NCBI RefSeq assembly: GCF_018350175.1
Contig: NC_058368.1
Coordinates: forward strand, 65,536,001-65,600,000
DNA length: 64,000 nucleotides
Reading direction: 5' to 3'
Source of the DNA: Felis catus
Lineage: Eukaryota
The notes under the pieces are model-generated. The model was not told the DNA's origin. It ran no database searches and worked only from the letters and a program-made list of their open reading frames with translations. Every line of letters starts with the position of its first letter. Positions within the stretch are counted from its first letter, which is position 1. A program made the translations under genes and the position numbers. Shown here in pieces: positions 1 through 12,190 of the stretch.

Positions 1-814
1 TCAAAACAACTCCTCTTTCTCAGAGTGTTTGTCTAGACCTTCTGGATCCACAGGATGTTAAGAAGAGTTTCACAGCAGAATCACCTACTATCAGCATCGT
101 GGTAGAGATCTAGGGGAGATGTTGCTAGACAAACACAGGGAAGTCATATTATGTCTGTATGAAATGGTCAGTTGGAACATGATATGCATCTGTAAAATGT
201 GCCTGAAATTTGGAGGCAAACTTTCCAAAATTTATCAAAACTATGCACCCCAACCTGTTCTGTTGGTACTTCAAAGGGCAAATAACACCATTGGAAGTAA
301 TCTTGGAAATACCTCTGAAGACTACTAAACCTTAGGTATGTTAGACCTTTTAAGAGAGAGGGGGATATAAAAGACTTCTAGAGCTGCCTACATAGATGTA
401 ATCAGAAAGGGAGATTTTTCCTTGCAGAACTGAAGCTTAAGTTATTGGAGTGAAGGAACCATAAAGAATTATTTTCCTGGAGGCTAGTTGAACCAGATGA
501 CATCTAGACTTTGAAAGATAGACCTTGCACCCACAATAAAGCTCCATTTTGTTTAAAAGGAGCTCACCTGCTTGGAAGAGGGGTGGAATAGTATTATATG
601 TCAAGAATCTATCATAAGTTCAAAAACTGTGAGTTTGGTAGCCCATGCATAGTTCCAAAAAAGGATCCAAGAACCAGGATCCAAAAATAATTTCGTTCAA
701 ACTTGAGTAAGGAGCTCAATCTAACAATTGTAACAGGGAGAAGTATAACTTCTGAGCTTGGAAGCAAACGTGAACAAAAACCAGGACAAATCCACATCAG
801 ACATGATACACATA

Positions 815-995
815 AGTATTTACAGGGAAAGCATACAGGCAGGATTGTATATGGTGACAGAAGACACAAGTAGGAACCAGGTTGACAGTCAACAGCAGGA
901 AAACTTTCTAACAGCTAGAGCTGCTGACAGTGGGAGGCAGAAACTCTTAAGGTAGTGAGTCCCCTGTCCCTGGAGTTTGGACCATTGCTTCACTG
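815..995 (+). mobile_element. L3/CR1 LINE 3' fragment
   Basis: aggaaaactttctaacagctagagctg...ggtagtgagtcccctgtccctggag resembles the recalled L3 3' end. Confidence 0.5.
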
Positions 996-1830
996 CTAAG
1001 TTGGGTAGGGATAAAGAGCACCAAAAGGTAGAAGATTTAATTCAGCAAATATTTATTGATTGCTACTTTGTAATTGAAGCTAGATTTACCTGTAGGATCC
1101 TTTGCCAGCAGCAGTTCTGTGATCTGGGGAGCATTGTATGAGAGGGTTCAGGTGGAAGACCGAAAACTGAGTGAGCAATTATCATATAGTGTGGTGTTCT
1201 GGATGAAAACGATGATATGTTTTCCACGGGGAGTGAGAGACAACCCAGGCCAAGTTTCTGTGGTTTAATTTATTCTGGAAACCGAAATACATGAGACATG
1301 CATGTGAAGAGGAGAATCTGTGAAGTCATTAGTAGGAAATGAAATTTACACAAAGGCAAGATAAGAGGTGCATTTTAGAAATATTGATAAATGAATGTCA
1401 AATCGCACATTTCTTAGGAGGCAGTTTCGTTACTTTGGCAACACAGACATTATTCCTCATTTCAGATAAGCAGTGTTCCTTTAATTCCCACCTGTGGCTT
1501 TTCTCACGGTGTCTCCAAGGGACATTAATGCTTAGATGAAAACTAATTAACATTTTAAAATGTAATATATATACATTGATTTAGGGGGAGTTTGTTTCCT
1601 TAATTTTCCTGTCAATTGCACCATGGAAGGACATCATGGTGATTCATTCACTTACACTTCTTTAAAGGGGGTAGTTTTGAAATGTTTAATTTCATCTTGG
1701 TTATATTTTCTTTTCCCAGTGGCTGAAATTATTGAAGTATGAGCTGGATACTATTAACTGGGGTTTACAGTACAATGATTTCTTCTACTGTCAAGTTACA
1801 TTATACTTGTGAGTTTAAAAAGCAGGTATA

Positions 1831-1993
1831 GGGGCATCTGGGTGGCTCATTCGCTTATGCATTTGACTCTGCATTTCAGCTCAGGTCATGATCTCCTGGT
1901 TCGTGAGACTGAGTCCCTTGTCAGGCTGTGTGCTGCCAGCGTGGAGCCTACTTGGGATTCTCTCTGTTTCTCCCCCTTATGCACATGCATGTG

Positions 1994-2044
<51 letters not shown>

Positions 2045-2061
2045 AAAATAAATAAAAGAAA
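1831..2061 (+). mobile_element. CanSINE (SINEC)
   Basis: tRNA-like head, (CT)n, A tail; TSD taaaaagcaggtatag at 1816-1831 and 2062-2077. Confidence 0.95.
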
Positions 2062-2138
2062 TAAAAAGCAGGTATAGAGACAAATGCATGTGAGTTTTTA
2101 AACACATATATATGATACATATATATTATATAGATATA

Positions 2139-3920
2139 TCAGCTTTATTGAGATGCAATTCACACACAATAAAATTCACCATCTTAAAGTGTACAGTTAT
2201 ATGGATTTTAGTATATTTGCAGAGTTGTCCATTGATTACCACTAACTCCTCGCAGAACATGTTCATCATCTCCAAAGAAACCCTATATTCATTAGTGGTC
2301 ATTTCTATTGCTCCCTTTCCCCAGTACTTGCCAACCACAAAGCTGCAGTGTCTCCGTATGTTTCATATAAATGTGCTTTTTCTTTCACTTAGTGTAATGT
2401 GTTCAAGGTTCACCCATGCTGTATCACATATCTGAACTTCATTCCTTTTTATTGCTCAATAATATTCAGTAATATTCCATTGTGTGGACACTCCATTTGT
2501 TTTTCCCTTTATCAATCGATAGACATGTGCCTTGTTTTTACTTTTTGCCTATGGTGATGAGAATAATGCTACCAAGAACATTTGTGTACAAGTTTTTGTA
2601 TGAACATATGTATAAGAGTGAAATTGCTGGGTTGTATGGGAACTATATGTTTAACTATTTGGAAAACCGCCAAACTCTTTTCCAAAGTGACTGTGCCCTT
2701 GTACAACTCCACCAGTAGTGTGTGAGGGTTCTGATTTTCCACATCTTTGACAATACTCATTATTATTTGTCCTTTTGAATACAGGCATCCTAATGGTTAT
2801 GAAGGGCTACCTAATTGTGGTGTTGATTTGCATTTCCTTCATGGTTAATGATGTTGAACATCTTTTCATGTGCTTTTTGGCCATTTGCATATTTTCTTTG
2901 GAGAAATGTTCAGATCCATTGCCCATTTTATAATTGATTTAAAAAACTTGTTTTGAGATCTAAGAATTCTTTATATATTCTGAATACAATGGTATATATG
3001 ATATATGGTTTGCATATATTTCTCCCATCCTGGGGGCCCTCTTCTTACTTCTGGATCATGTTCTCTGAGGCACAAAAGTTTTAAATCTTGATGAAGTCCT
3101 TGATTTATTTACTTTTTTTTTCCTTCGTCACCTGTGCTCTTGGTGTTCTATTAAAGTATCTGTTGCTTAATCTAGAATCGTAAATATTTACTCTTACGTT
3201 TTCTTCTAAGGGCTTTATAGCTTTAGCTTATTTTTCGGGCTCAGCTCCTGTAGCCATACACTTTCAGATAGCACTTGTGTTCTCTGTGAGGCAGGGGTCC
3301 GACTTCATCTTTTGTATGTGGCTGTCTATCTGTGTTAGTGCAATGTTGAAAAGACTGTCTTTTCTCCCACTGAATAGCCTTGGCACCCTTGTCAAAAAAT
3401 CAATTGACCATAAACGCAAGCATTTATTTCTGGAATCTCAATTCTGTTCCATTATTCTCTGACTCTCCTTGTGCCTGTACCACATTGTCTTGATTACTGT
3501 AGTTTTATAACAAGACTTGAAACTGGAAAATGTGACTCCTCCAACTTTGTTCTTATTTTTCAAGATCGTTTTGCCTATTTGGGTTCCCTTGCATTTCCAT
3601 ATGAATTTTTGGATCAGCTTGTCAATTTCTGCAAAAGTGGCAGCTGGGAGTTTGATAGGTATTGCATTGAATCTGTAGATCAATTTGGGGAGTATAGCCA
3701 TCTTAATTTTGAGTCTTGTCATCCATGGATATGAAATATCTTTCCATTTGTTTAGATTTTTAAAAATTTCTCTCAGTGATGTTTTATAGTTTTCAGTGTA
3801 CAAGCCTTACTCTTTTGTTACATTGTTTTCTTATTTTTGATGCTATTGTAAATAGAATTGTTTTCTTAATTTCATTTTCAGATTGTTCATCATTGTTAGT
3901 GTATAGAAAAATACAAGTGC
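2139..3920 (-). mobile_element. Old L1 (L1MA/MB-type) 3' portion, part 1
   Basis: L1 3' end at ~2140; ORF2 remnants on the minus strand ([10 protein letters not shown]...[14 protein letters not shown]...KNKVGG; KHIVPIQPSN). Confidence 0.9.
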
Positions 3921-4427
3921 TGGTTTTTTTTTCATTATAAGAATTTTTTTTAATTGTAAGGTAACCACATCTAATTTCTCAAAGATATTACTGCCTCCAT
4001 TTTCTCGGCTTCCTGTTGTTAAAATAAGAAAAGCTGTAAAAAAATCACAGAAAATCTAAGATGTGCTCAAGTTTTGTGATTTCCATTTAAGAAGTGTAAA
4101 GTCTGAAATGTGTCTCTTTTCAGTGTGTGCTGTGTAGGGATCCTCAGCATTTTTGGTCTTTTGTGAGATGTGAGCATCTTTTGTCTTCTTCCATCATGTT
4201 GAGCCTTCACTGTTGGAACTGAGCTGCTCTGCTTTGCTGCAGGTCAGCTTTCGTGGACAGTTAGTGTCATAACAGGACATTGGTCACAAGTTGTCTTAAG
4301 TGTTTACTATAAAGACCTCATCTGTGGTTGAGCAGCTGTGTTCCAGGAGCTTTCTCTTTTGTGAAGCATTTCATGTTAGCCTTTTTGAGACAAGTCAAGC
4401 ACCTGCTCCTTGTTCTGTACCTGGGAT

Positions 4428-4429
<2 letters not shown>

Positions 4430-4517
<88 letters not shown>
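4430..4517. repeat. Compound (TG)n(AG)n microsatellite
   Basis: Seen directly. Confidence 0.98.
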
Positions 4518-4521
<4 letters not shown>

Positions 4522-4957
4522 CTTTCCAACGCAATGGTTATTTTTCTTTTTGGTCATCTTGTTTGCTCTCGTCCCCTCTTGGTAACTGTCAGGGCCCAAG
4601 TTGGTTTATTCTTCTGACAAGAATGGGAAGCGCTGTCTTCTGGCCGTGTGGCCCTGCCTCCATTTTGACCAGTCACGCGTGCTTGATGCCACGTGATGTG
4701 ACTTGTCCCAGCAGTTTGCAGAAGTCACCCAATGAATCTTCAGTGTGACTGTACTAATTGCCACTTACTCTTTTTAATGTCACCTTGGTAAGAAATACTT
4801 CAACACAAGGGTTTTCCCCCTAAAATTTCACTATTATTTGGGTACTGGAGAAGATACACCCTTGTACTTCACTTGGCCTTCTAAGATTGTCAGGAGATAT
4901 TTATGGAAAATGTATGTTGTCTTAACATATTTTAGTATTCTTTTACCATTCTTTGTC

Positions 4958-5224
4958 TTTTTTTAGTTGAGGTAAAGTTGATATATAACCTTATATTGGT
5001 TTCAGGTGTACAACATAATATTTTGAGTTTATGTATGCTATAAAGTGGTCACCGCAATACGTTTAGTTACCATCGGCCACCATACGGTTGGGCCCCATCA
5101 CCATTTTTGCCACCCCCGACCCCCCTTCTCCTCTGCTAATCACCAGTCTGTTCTCTATAAGTGTGGTTTTATTTGTTCTTTTGTTTTGCTTTATGGATTC
5201 CACATATAAGTGAAATCATACAGT
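4958..5224 (-). mobile_element. Younger L1 3' end (non-inverted part of a twin-primed insertion)
   Basis: T-run, then agttgaggtaaagttgatatataacc...ttcaggtgtacaac...tccacatataagtgaaatcatac, a carnivore/L1MA-type 3' UTR. Confidence 0.85.
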
Positions 5225-5545
5225 GTGGAGATTACTCAGAAAAAAATAGAACTACCATATGATCTGGATTTTCCACTTTTGTGTATTCATCCAAAGAAAA
5301 TGAAAAAAACACTAACTCAAAAAGATATATACACTCCTATGTTCATTGCAGTATTACCCACAATAGCCAAGGTATGGAAACAACCTAAGTGCCCATTGAT
5401 GGGTGAATGAATAAAGAATGTGTGGGGTATGTGTGTGTACACGCTGAAATGCTACTTAGCAATAAAAAAGAGGGAAATCTTGCCAATTGCCACATGTGGA
5501 TGAAACTTGAGGCTACTATGCTAGTAGAAGAAGTCAGAGAAATAC
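5225..5545 (+). mobile_element. Inverted L1 segment (ORF2 C-terminus/3' UTR)
   Basis: KKIELPYD...KDIYTPMFIAVLPTIAKVWKQPKCP on the + strand; ends where the minus-strand piece begins in L1 coordinates. Confidence 0.88.
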
Positions 5546-5742
5546 AATGCCTTGTGTATTTTGTATCCTGCAGCTTTGTGCAACTCATTTACTAGTTCTG
5601 TTTGTGTGTGTGTGTTTGTGTGTTTGCGACCATCCTAGGATTTTCTATATACAAGGTCATATATCTGCACATAGAATTACCTTTATTTCTTCTTTCCAAT
5701 CTAGATATCTTTTATTTCTTTTCCTTGGTTATTAATTGCCTT
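5546..5742 (-). mobile_element. Old L1, part 2 (continuation of 2139-3920)
   Basis: Colinear continuation when compared with the intact homologous L1 stretch at ~51740-51990. Confidence 0.75.
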
Positions 5743-5771
5743 TGTGGAAGTGTGATTTAGAAAAAAAATTA

Positions 5772-5995
5772 GGGGTGCCTGGGTGGCTCAGTGGGATAAG
5801 TGTCTGACTTTGGCTCAGGTCATGATTTCACAGCTCATGAGTTGGAGACCCATGTCGGGCTCTGTGCTGATAGCTCAGAAGCTGGAGCCTGTTTCAGATT
5901 TTGTGTCTCCCTCTCTCTGTCTCTCTGTCCCTCCTCCACTTGTGCTGTCACTCTATCTCTCTCTCTGTCTCAAAAATAAACATTAAAAAAATCAA
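5772..5995 (+). mobile_element. CanSINE
   Basis: ggggtgcctgggtggctcag head, (CT)-rich body, aaaaataaacattaaaa tail. Confidence 0.95.
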
Positions 5996-6238
5996 TTAAT
6001 AAAAAATTAATTCACCAAAGGTAAGATGCCAACTAATTGGTTGTATTCTCCTACATTTTACTGCACTTAATTGGAAAATCTGTTCATGGATGGTTTTAGC
6101 AGATAACACAATGCAGTTTATATAAATCAAATCAAAAGTAATTTCTGTCTCCAGAAAATACATTTGAATTTAGAGATATATTTGTATTTCTGATTCATAA
6201 GCATAAGTTAATGGCTGAGAAACTACTTGCTCAGGAAT

Positions 6239-6240
<2 letters not shown>

Positions 6241-6276
<36 letters not shown>
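6241..6276. repeat. (AC)n microsatellite
   Basis: Seen directly. Confidence 0.97.
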
Positions 6277-6278
<2 letters not shown>

Positions 6279-7488
6279 CTAGAAAGAAACAAAAACTCCA
6301 GGTGACATCAAATTTTTAGAATATGGAAATATTCAAATAAACTTCAGCTTTATTAAGGGAGCTCAACAATATCTTTGCTAGAGTAGAATGTGGACTCCAA
6401 ATTGAGACGTATGAAATGACCAGTGTAGCCAATGCTACCAAATCAATGCTGTCAAAATCAAATAGTGTTTATTCCTATTTGGCCAAATTTAAAATATAAA
6501 GCTTTTCTAATTATATTTAAAATATCTTCATTAGACGAATTTTTAAAATGTACTATTTTTGCTGTCTGTATTTTGCTTGCATTTTAAAATATCAGAGTGT
6601 GTAGTAGGTTTTCCTTAGGAGACCTCAGGTAGGACCAGGAGCCCAAAAACTTGGCCTGGTAATGCTCAGACAACAGACAGCCACTCATTCCAATAGCCAG
6701 TTGGCATTATTCAGGCCGTGATTATTTATTTGTAACCAGAGGTGTTTCAGGGATTATAGTACTGGCAATTGCCTTATTAAATATTTATTAAATGTACAGT
6801 CTACATTTTCATTTGAGCAGGGGCTTGGAGACATTCATTCAGTTTGGTTTCTTGTGATGAAATCCTGTAGTTTGGGCTTTCACAGGCTTTATTATTTTTA
6901 TAAGAAACTCGACAAACAGCTTTAGATTCTCAATCAAATCAATATACTGTTTTAAAGTAACCACTGTCCTTCTTTTAAGTATTTGATGTGATCACTATGG
7001 TGAAACATATCACTCAGTAGTAATGCAACAGTGATATTTTGGACTAGAAGAATATTAACAGGTTTGATAGACTTTATATTATGAAAAGTCATCACCCACG
7101 AGTTATTGTGTAGGAGTGAAAATACTCCAATTAGTTTTTACCCATGTTTGAGAATTTCTATCCAGCCATCCATCTATCCTTCCTGCTCTCCAGTAATATT
7201 TAAGAGACTTATAATAATAAACTTATAATCAGTACTGGCCTTCTGCCAGTACTGCAGATAATTCTAATTTGCAATGATAATATTTTAAATGGTATTGCTA
7301 TTCCCAAACATATTTGATAACATTTATATTTTAGTATGATTCAACAATTGATGGGATCCCCCAAATATTGTTTGGTCTTGTATGCTTTTATTTTGTAATT
7401 AATTATTTGGCATTAAGAATGTGAGGTGGCTTATGGTAGGAACACTGTTTCTAAATTATGATATGATATTATGTCATAGAGGGCTTAC

Positions 7489-7673
7489 TGTTTATTTTTG
7501 AGAAAGACAGAGCACGAATGGGGGAGGGGCAGAGAGAGAGGGAGACACAGAATTGGAAGCAGGCTCCAGGCTCTGAGCTGTCAGCACAGAGCCCCACACA
7601 GGGCTCGAACTCACAAACCGTGGGATCATGACCTAAGCCAAAGTCAGATGCTCAACCGACTGAGCCACCCAGA
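7489..7673 (-). mobile_element. CanSINE
   Basis: Reverse-complement SINE body; flanked by a ~78-bp duplication. Confidence 0.93.
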
Positions 7674-7696
7674 TGGCATTAAGAAAGTGACTTATG

Positions 7697-7923
7697 GGGG
7701 CGCCTGGGTGGCGCAGTCGGTTAAGTGTCCGACTTCAGCCAGGTCACGATCTCGCGGTCCGTGGGTTCGTGCCCCGCGTCCGGCTCTGGGCTGATGGCTC
7801 AGAGCCTGGAGCCTGTTTCCGATTCTGTGTCTCTCTCTCTCTTGGCCCCTCCCCCGTTCATGCTCTGTCTCTCTCTGTCCCAAAAATAAGTAAAAAACGT
7901 TGAAAAAAAATTAAAAAAAAAAA
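7697..7923 (+). mobile_element. Young felid SINEC_Fc
   Basis: CpG-rich ggggcgcctgggtggcgcagtcggtt...aaacgttgaaaa; TSD aagaa(a/t)gtgacttatgg. Confidence 0.96.
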
Positions 7924-9079
7924 AAGAATGTGACTTATGGTAGGAACAGTGTTTCTAAATGGTGGCTGCATTATGATATTATGTCATAGAGGGCTTTCTT
8001 GATAATCAGTGTGACAAAAATCATTTTAGACCAAATTTCTTTGACACAGCTGGAGCCCTAGTTCCTTATTTGGAAAATGAGTTAAATTGCATGTTGTGCA
8101 TTTGAAAATTAAGACCTACTTGTACAGATTAATAATGAATGGATATATTCTTTACTGTTGGTTTTGAATCATTTAATTTTTTACTTATCTAGACAATAGC
8201 ATGATGGTCTTAACTTAATACTGAGGAGAGACCTACTTTTGTTAAAAATTTTGCAAAATATTCCAGAAAATTCGGTGTTTGTATATCCAGGGTTTGTTGT
8301 TTGCTTTGCTGTCTGCCTCGGCAATATTTGCCGTTTATTCTCTCATCCGCTTGGTTTGACATCATCATCTTTTAATAACAGATGTCATTGTTTTGTATGG
8401 CATGTTTATTACTTGGCATGGTGCAGTTGATTTTATTTCTTTGAGAATGTATAGTTGAATAGTTTTCAAACGGGTACCTGAGGTAAAGCTAATGTGTCAG
8501 TGTGCCTTATGGAATGTGTGTTACTGGTATTTGTAATCTGACTTACAGAAATCTGTTTGATAAAAGGTTGTATAATCTGAAAGGTTTTTCTCTCTAATTG
8601 TGAATAACACCATGATCATCTTTTGGGTTCATTAAAAATCCCTGCTTAGAGTAACATCCCCTTAAGTTTCCCTATGTAAACATGATTGTGCTCTTTCATT
8701 GCATATTATCAATTTCATTCTCTCTACTTCTTTGCAGGTTTTGTCTTAATGATTATACTTTTTGAAGGTGACATTTTATTCAGAAAGTAATATTTGAATC
8801 TCTGCCTTTGAAAACAATGTCAAACTTAAAGTATTGTTAACTCTGTTGTAGTCTGTTTACTTGAAAGTATATATGTAATAGATTAAATGGTAATGCAGTG
8901 TAGTGGTATAATAACTCAAAACTCTATGATGTTGGCAATTCCAGTGTTAGTGATGACTATTAGTATGACAGAAATACTAAGGATTTTCAAACACTTTTCG
9001 GCATTTAATTAACATCCACTGTGTATTACTCCCAAAGATCTAATGAACTGGTAGAACTATTGTTAAATACATAAACACA

Positions 9080-10310
9080 TACAAACATACATAATAAACG
9101 AATTGGCTTATAGTTTAGCAAGGGATGAATCATTAATGAAACGCAACATGGTAAAGACAAGGAGACATTGACAGGTTGATGTGGTAACACGAAGAAGGGG
9201 CTGTTGGTCCTTAGCCCACCAGGAGAGACAGTAATGGAAAGCTTTGTAGAGGGGTTGAGACTAAGTTTTAAGAGATGAATAAAATGAACCAGGGAAATCA
9301 GTGAGAGGAGGACAGGCAAAGGGAAAGAAGGACATTCTAGCAGAGAGAGGGGTCATCAGGCACAAAATACATACAGATGGGGGAAAAGACTAAGTCTGGC
9401 GCAGAGAGTGACAGTAAAATTTTGTCCTAAGCAAAAGCATAACTCTACCCAATTTAGGGTTAAAATGGCTCAGGCAGATAGCTCATGTTGGGAAGAGGCA
9501 GTTGGGGGAGGATGTGCCATGACAGAGGATGAACAGTCATGGGTTGATTGCAGGGGTTCTGGGAATGGACAGTTTTCGGGGTCTCAAGAAGAGAGGAAAT
9601 ATCACATGGCTTTTTACCACAGTTTCTCTGGACACAGTCCTGGTTTACGCTAGTTATCTTATTTTTATTATGAATAGCCCTCCTTCTAGCCCTTTCATTC
9701 TAAAAAGTGTCTTTATTGGGGTTCTATTTTATATGGTTACCTTAGACCTAACTTTGGGTGATGATGGAGGGGGAGCAGATGAAGTGGCTCTCAGATTGCT
9801 AGTGGAATCTTCCAGGTGGATGACGTTGCTTCTAGTGGAAATAGAGGTGATAAGAAGAGCCAGTCTATGGAGTTCAGTCATGAGATGGGGTAGGGAGGTG
9901 GAATTTATTCTTGTACCTTTTAGGATTGCAGTTTATGCAATTCCTTCACGCATAATTGTCTAGGTGGTGATGGGATGTGTGAACCTGAAGCTCGCTGAAG
10001 CGATCTGGGGCAGAATTCAGATTTAAGAAAGATTGTCCTGTAGGTAAGATCATTATACCCTTGTTATCCTTCTTGGGTAAGCTGGGGATTTAGAAGAGAA
10101 AATGGCTAAAGATAGAATCCTTGGAAATCCCTATAGTTTTGGGTGAGTGGAGGGAGCATAGGTAGAAAAGACAGAAGAAACAATAGAACAAGCAGGAACA
10201 TTTTGGTGTGAGTATAGCCAAGGAAAAGAATTTCCAAGATAGAGAACGGTGTCCTTAATGTTCAGTATAGCAGAGAAAACAGTAAGAAAAGGACCTAAAG
10301 AGAGTTATGG
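9080..10310 (-). mobile_element. Degenerate L2 fragments
   Basis: Purine-rich L2-like motifs (gctttgtagaggggttgagactaagttttaagagatgaata; ggacattctagcagagag); boundaries uncertain. Confidence 0.45.
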
Positions 10311-10887
10311 CATCCAACTGTTAGTGGTTCTCAGGGGCCAAGGAAAATCTTTGAGAAACATGTGAACGCTTCCAGACTCACATTGCCCAGCAGTGTTTTT
10401 GGACTACTGCTGACAGGTGTTACATGAAGAAGTGGATTGTCAGCCAGAGTTTGAAAAACTCTGGGTTCAACAAAGTAAAACCAATATCTTTTCTGGGCAT
10501 CTCAGAGCCAGAAATGTGCTGCTACGCTTTGCTCATGTCCAAAACAGGAACTACAATACGCAGTGTTTCCTACTCATTTTTGGAAACTAAAATGCTTTTT
10601 TTTCAAAGATCCCCTAGTGCCACAGGACTGGAGATCATCTATAAGTCAGACATACCCTGGTGTGATGGTGAGGTATGACACTAACTAATCGTGTGATCTT
10701 AGGCATGTCACTTCAACCTGCTGAGCCGAGGTATCTCTTCTGTGAAATGGAAATCATCTACAGCAGTTTCTAGCGCCACCCATTTTTTATGGCCAGAGGC
10801 AGTTCTAATCAGTGTTAAATATCTTCACTGTCATCCCTACCTGATCTGGCAGTATTGTTACAAGGCTTAAAAAATAAATATGTGAGA

Positions 10888-11096
10888 GGTGCCTGGGTGG
10901 CTCGGTCAATGAAGCATCTGACTCTTGATTTCAGCTCAGGTCATGATCTCACAGTTCCTGAATTCGAGCCCCACATCAGGCTCTGTGCTGATAGTGTGGA
11001 GTCTGCTTGGGATTCTCTCTCTCCCTCTCTCTCTTCCCCTCCCCCACTTGCTTGAACACTCTCACTCTCACTCTCTCTCTCAAATAAATAAACATG
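10888..11096 (+). mobile_element. CanSINE
   Basis: TSD aaaaaataaa(t/c)atgtgaga at 10869-10887 and 11097-11115. Confidence 0.95.
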
Positions 11097-11919
11097 AAAA
11101 AATAAACATGTGAGACAGCATAGTACCTGGGAGTAATATTTTTTATTATTAATTTATTGATACTCACCATTATCATCCCAACAAACACATTTAAGAAACT
11201 GTTCTTTAGTTTAAAGGGGAAAAGCAGAGAAGATAACAGCGAGAAGGAATGATGAAAAGCCACACACATCAGCTTCCAGACCCCTGAATTGAGTGTGAAA
11301 GCGTTTTTGAGAAGTCTGGGGAGTGGGGGGGAGCAGCACAGACAGTACCATGGGTGCTAAGTTTGGAGGAGTAGGGGGTAGGGACAAAACAGGAAGTTGA
11401 GACACAACAGAGGTGTTGACTGAAGAGACTTTGCACTGATCATTTATTTCTCCGTCTATACCTTTCTGTTTCTTTTCTTCTCCCACGTCATTTGTATTTG
11501 AACACAACACTGTTTTCAGGAGAGAAGTAGGATAGGCATTAAAAACCAGATTCTTTTCTTTCCCTATTTTCTAGAAACAGACAGTAAGATGTGAAATCAA
11601 TATGTCCTAGGGGAAGCAACAGTAGTCATTTAAGAAGCTTATCAAAACTGCATTTAAATTTAAATGAAATTTAAATTTTAAACCGGTTTCATTTATCGAA
11701 GGTTTTAGAAAGCAAAATCCATAAGCTGTCTTCTCCACCTTATCACATTGCTAAGGCTTTTTCAAAGTAAAAAGTGCATACTTATATACTATTTTTCCCT
11801 TTACCCTTGTTTGAAGTTGGTCCACTATTCTTTTTTAACAAAATTTAAGTAGTATTAATCAAAGGTCTCAAAGGTTGGGTTTTATATTAAATACTGCTTT
11901 ATAGAGAGAGACAACCTGT

Positions 11920-12124
11920 TGTAGTGGGGGGGATATATAGACTTTGGAGCCAGACTGCCTGGCTCTGTCACATACAAGCTCTGTGACCTTGGGTAACTTA
12001 CTTAATCTCTCTGTGCCTCAGCTCCTTCATCTGTAAAAAATTTTGGTAATTTAGAACCTAGTCTACATAGTTGTAGATTTAAGAAGTCGGTGTTTGTAAT
12101 GCTCTTTAAAATGGGCCTGGCATG
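11920..12124 (+). mobile_element. MIR
   Basis: actttggagccagactgcctgg...ctgtgaccttgggtaacttacttaatctctctgtgcctcagctccttcatctgtaaaa MIR core. Confidence 0.85.
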
Positions 12125-12144
12125 GGGGATTTATTTTGTAAGAG

Positions 12145-12145
<1 letters not shown>

Positions 12146-12190
<45 letters not shown>

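Noticed and set aside
7694..7903. Recurrent MAQSVK.../GAPGWRSRLS... ORFs suggesting a gene family or tRNA genes
   Set aside because: All are CanSINE translations; the tRNA-like heads are SINE-derived, not tRNA genes.
9529..9963. 144-aa hydrophobic ORF
   Set aside because: Overlaps degenerate L2-like sequence; no recognisable domain.
11651..11666. Palindrome CATTTAAATTTAAATG
   Set aside because: AT-rich and low complexity; expected by chance.
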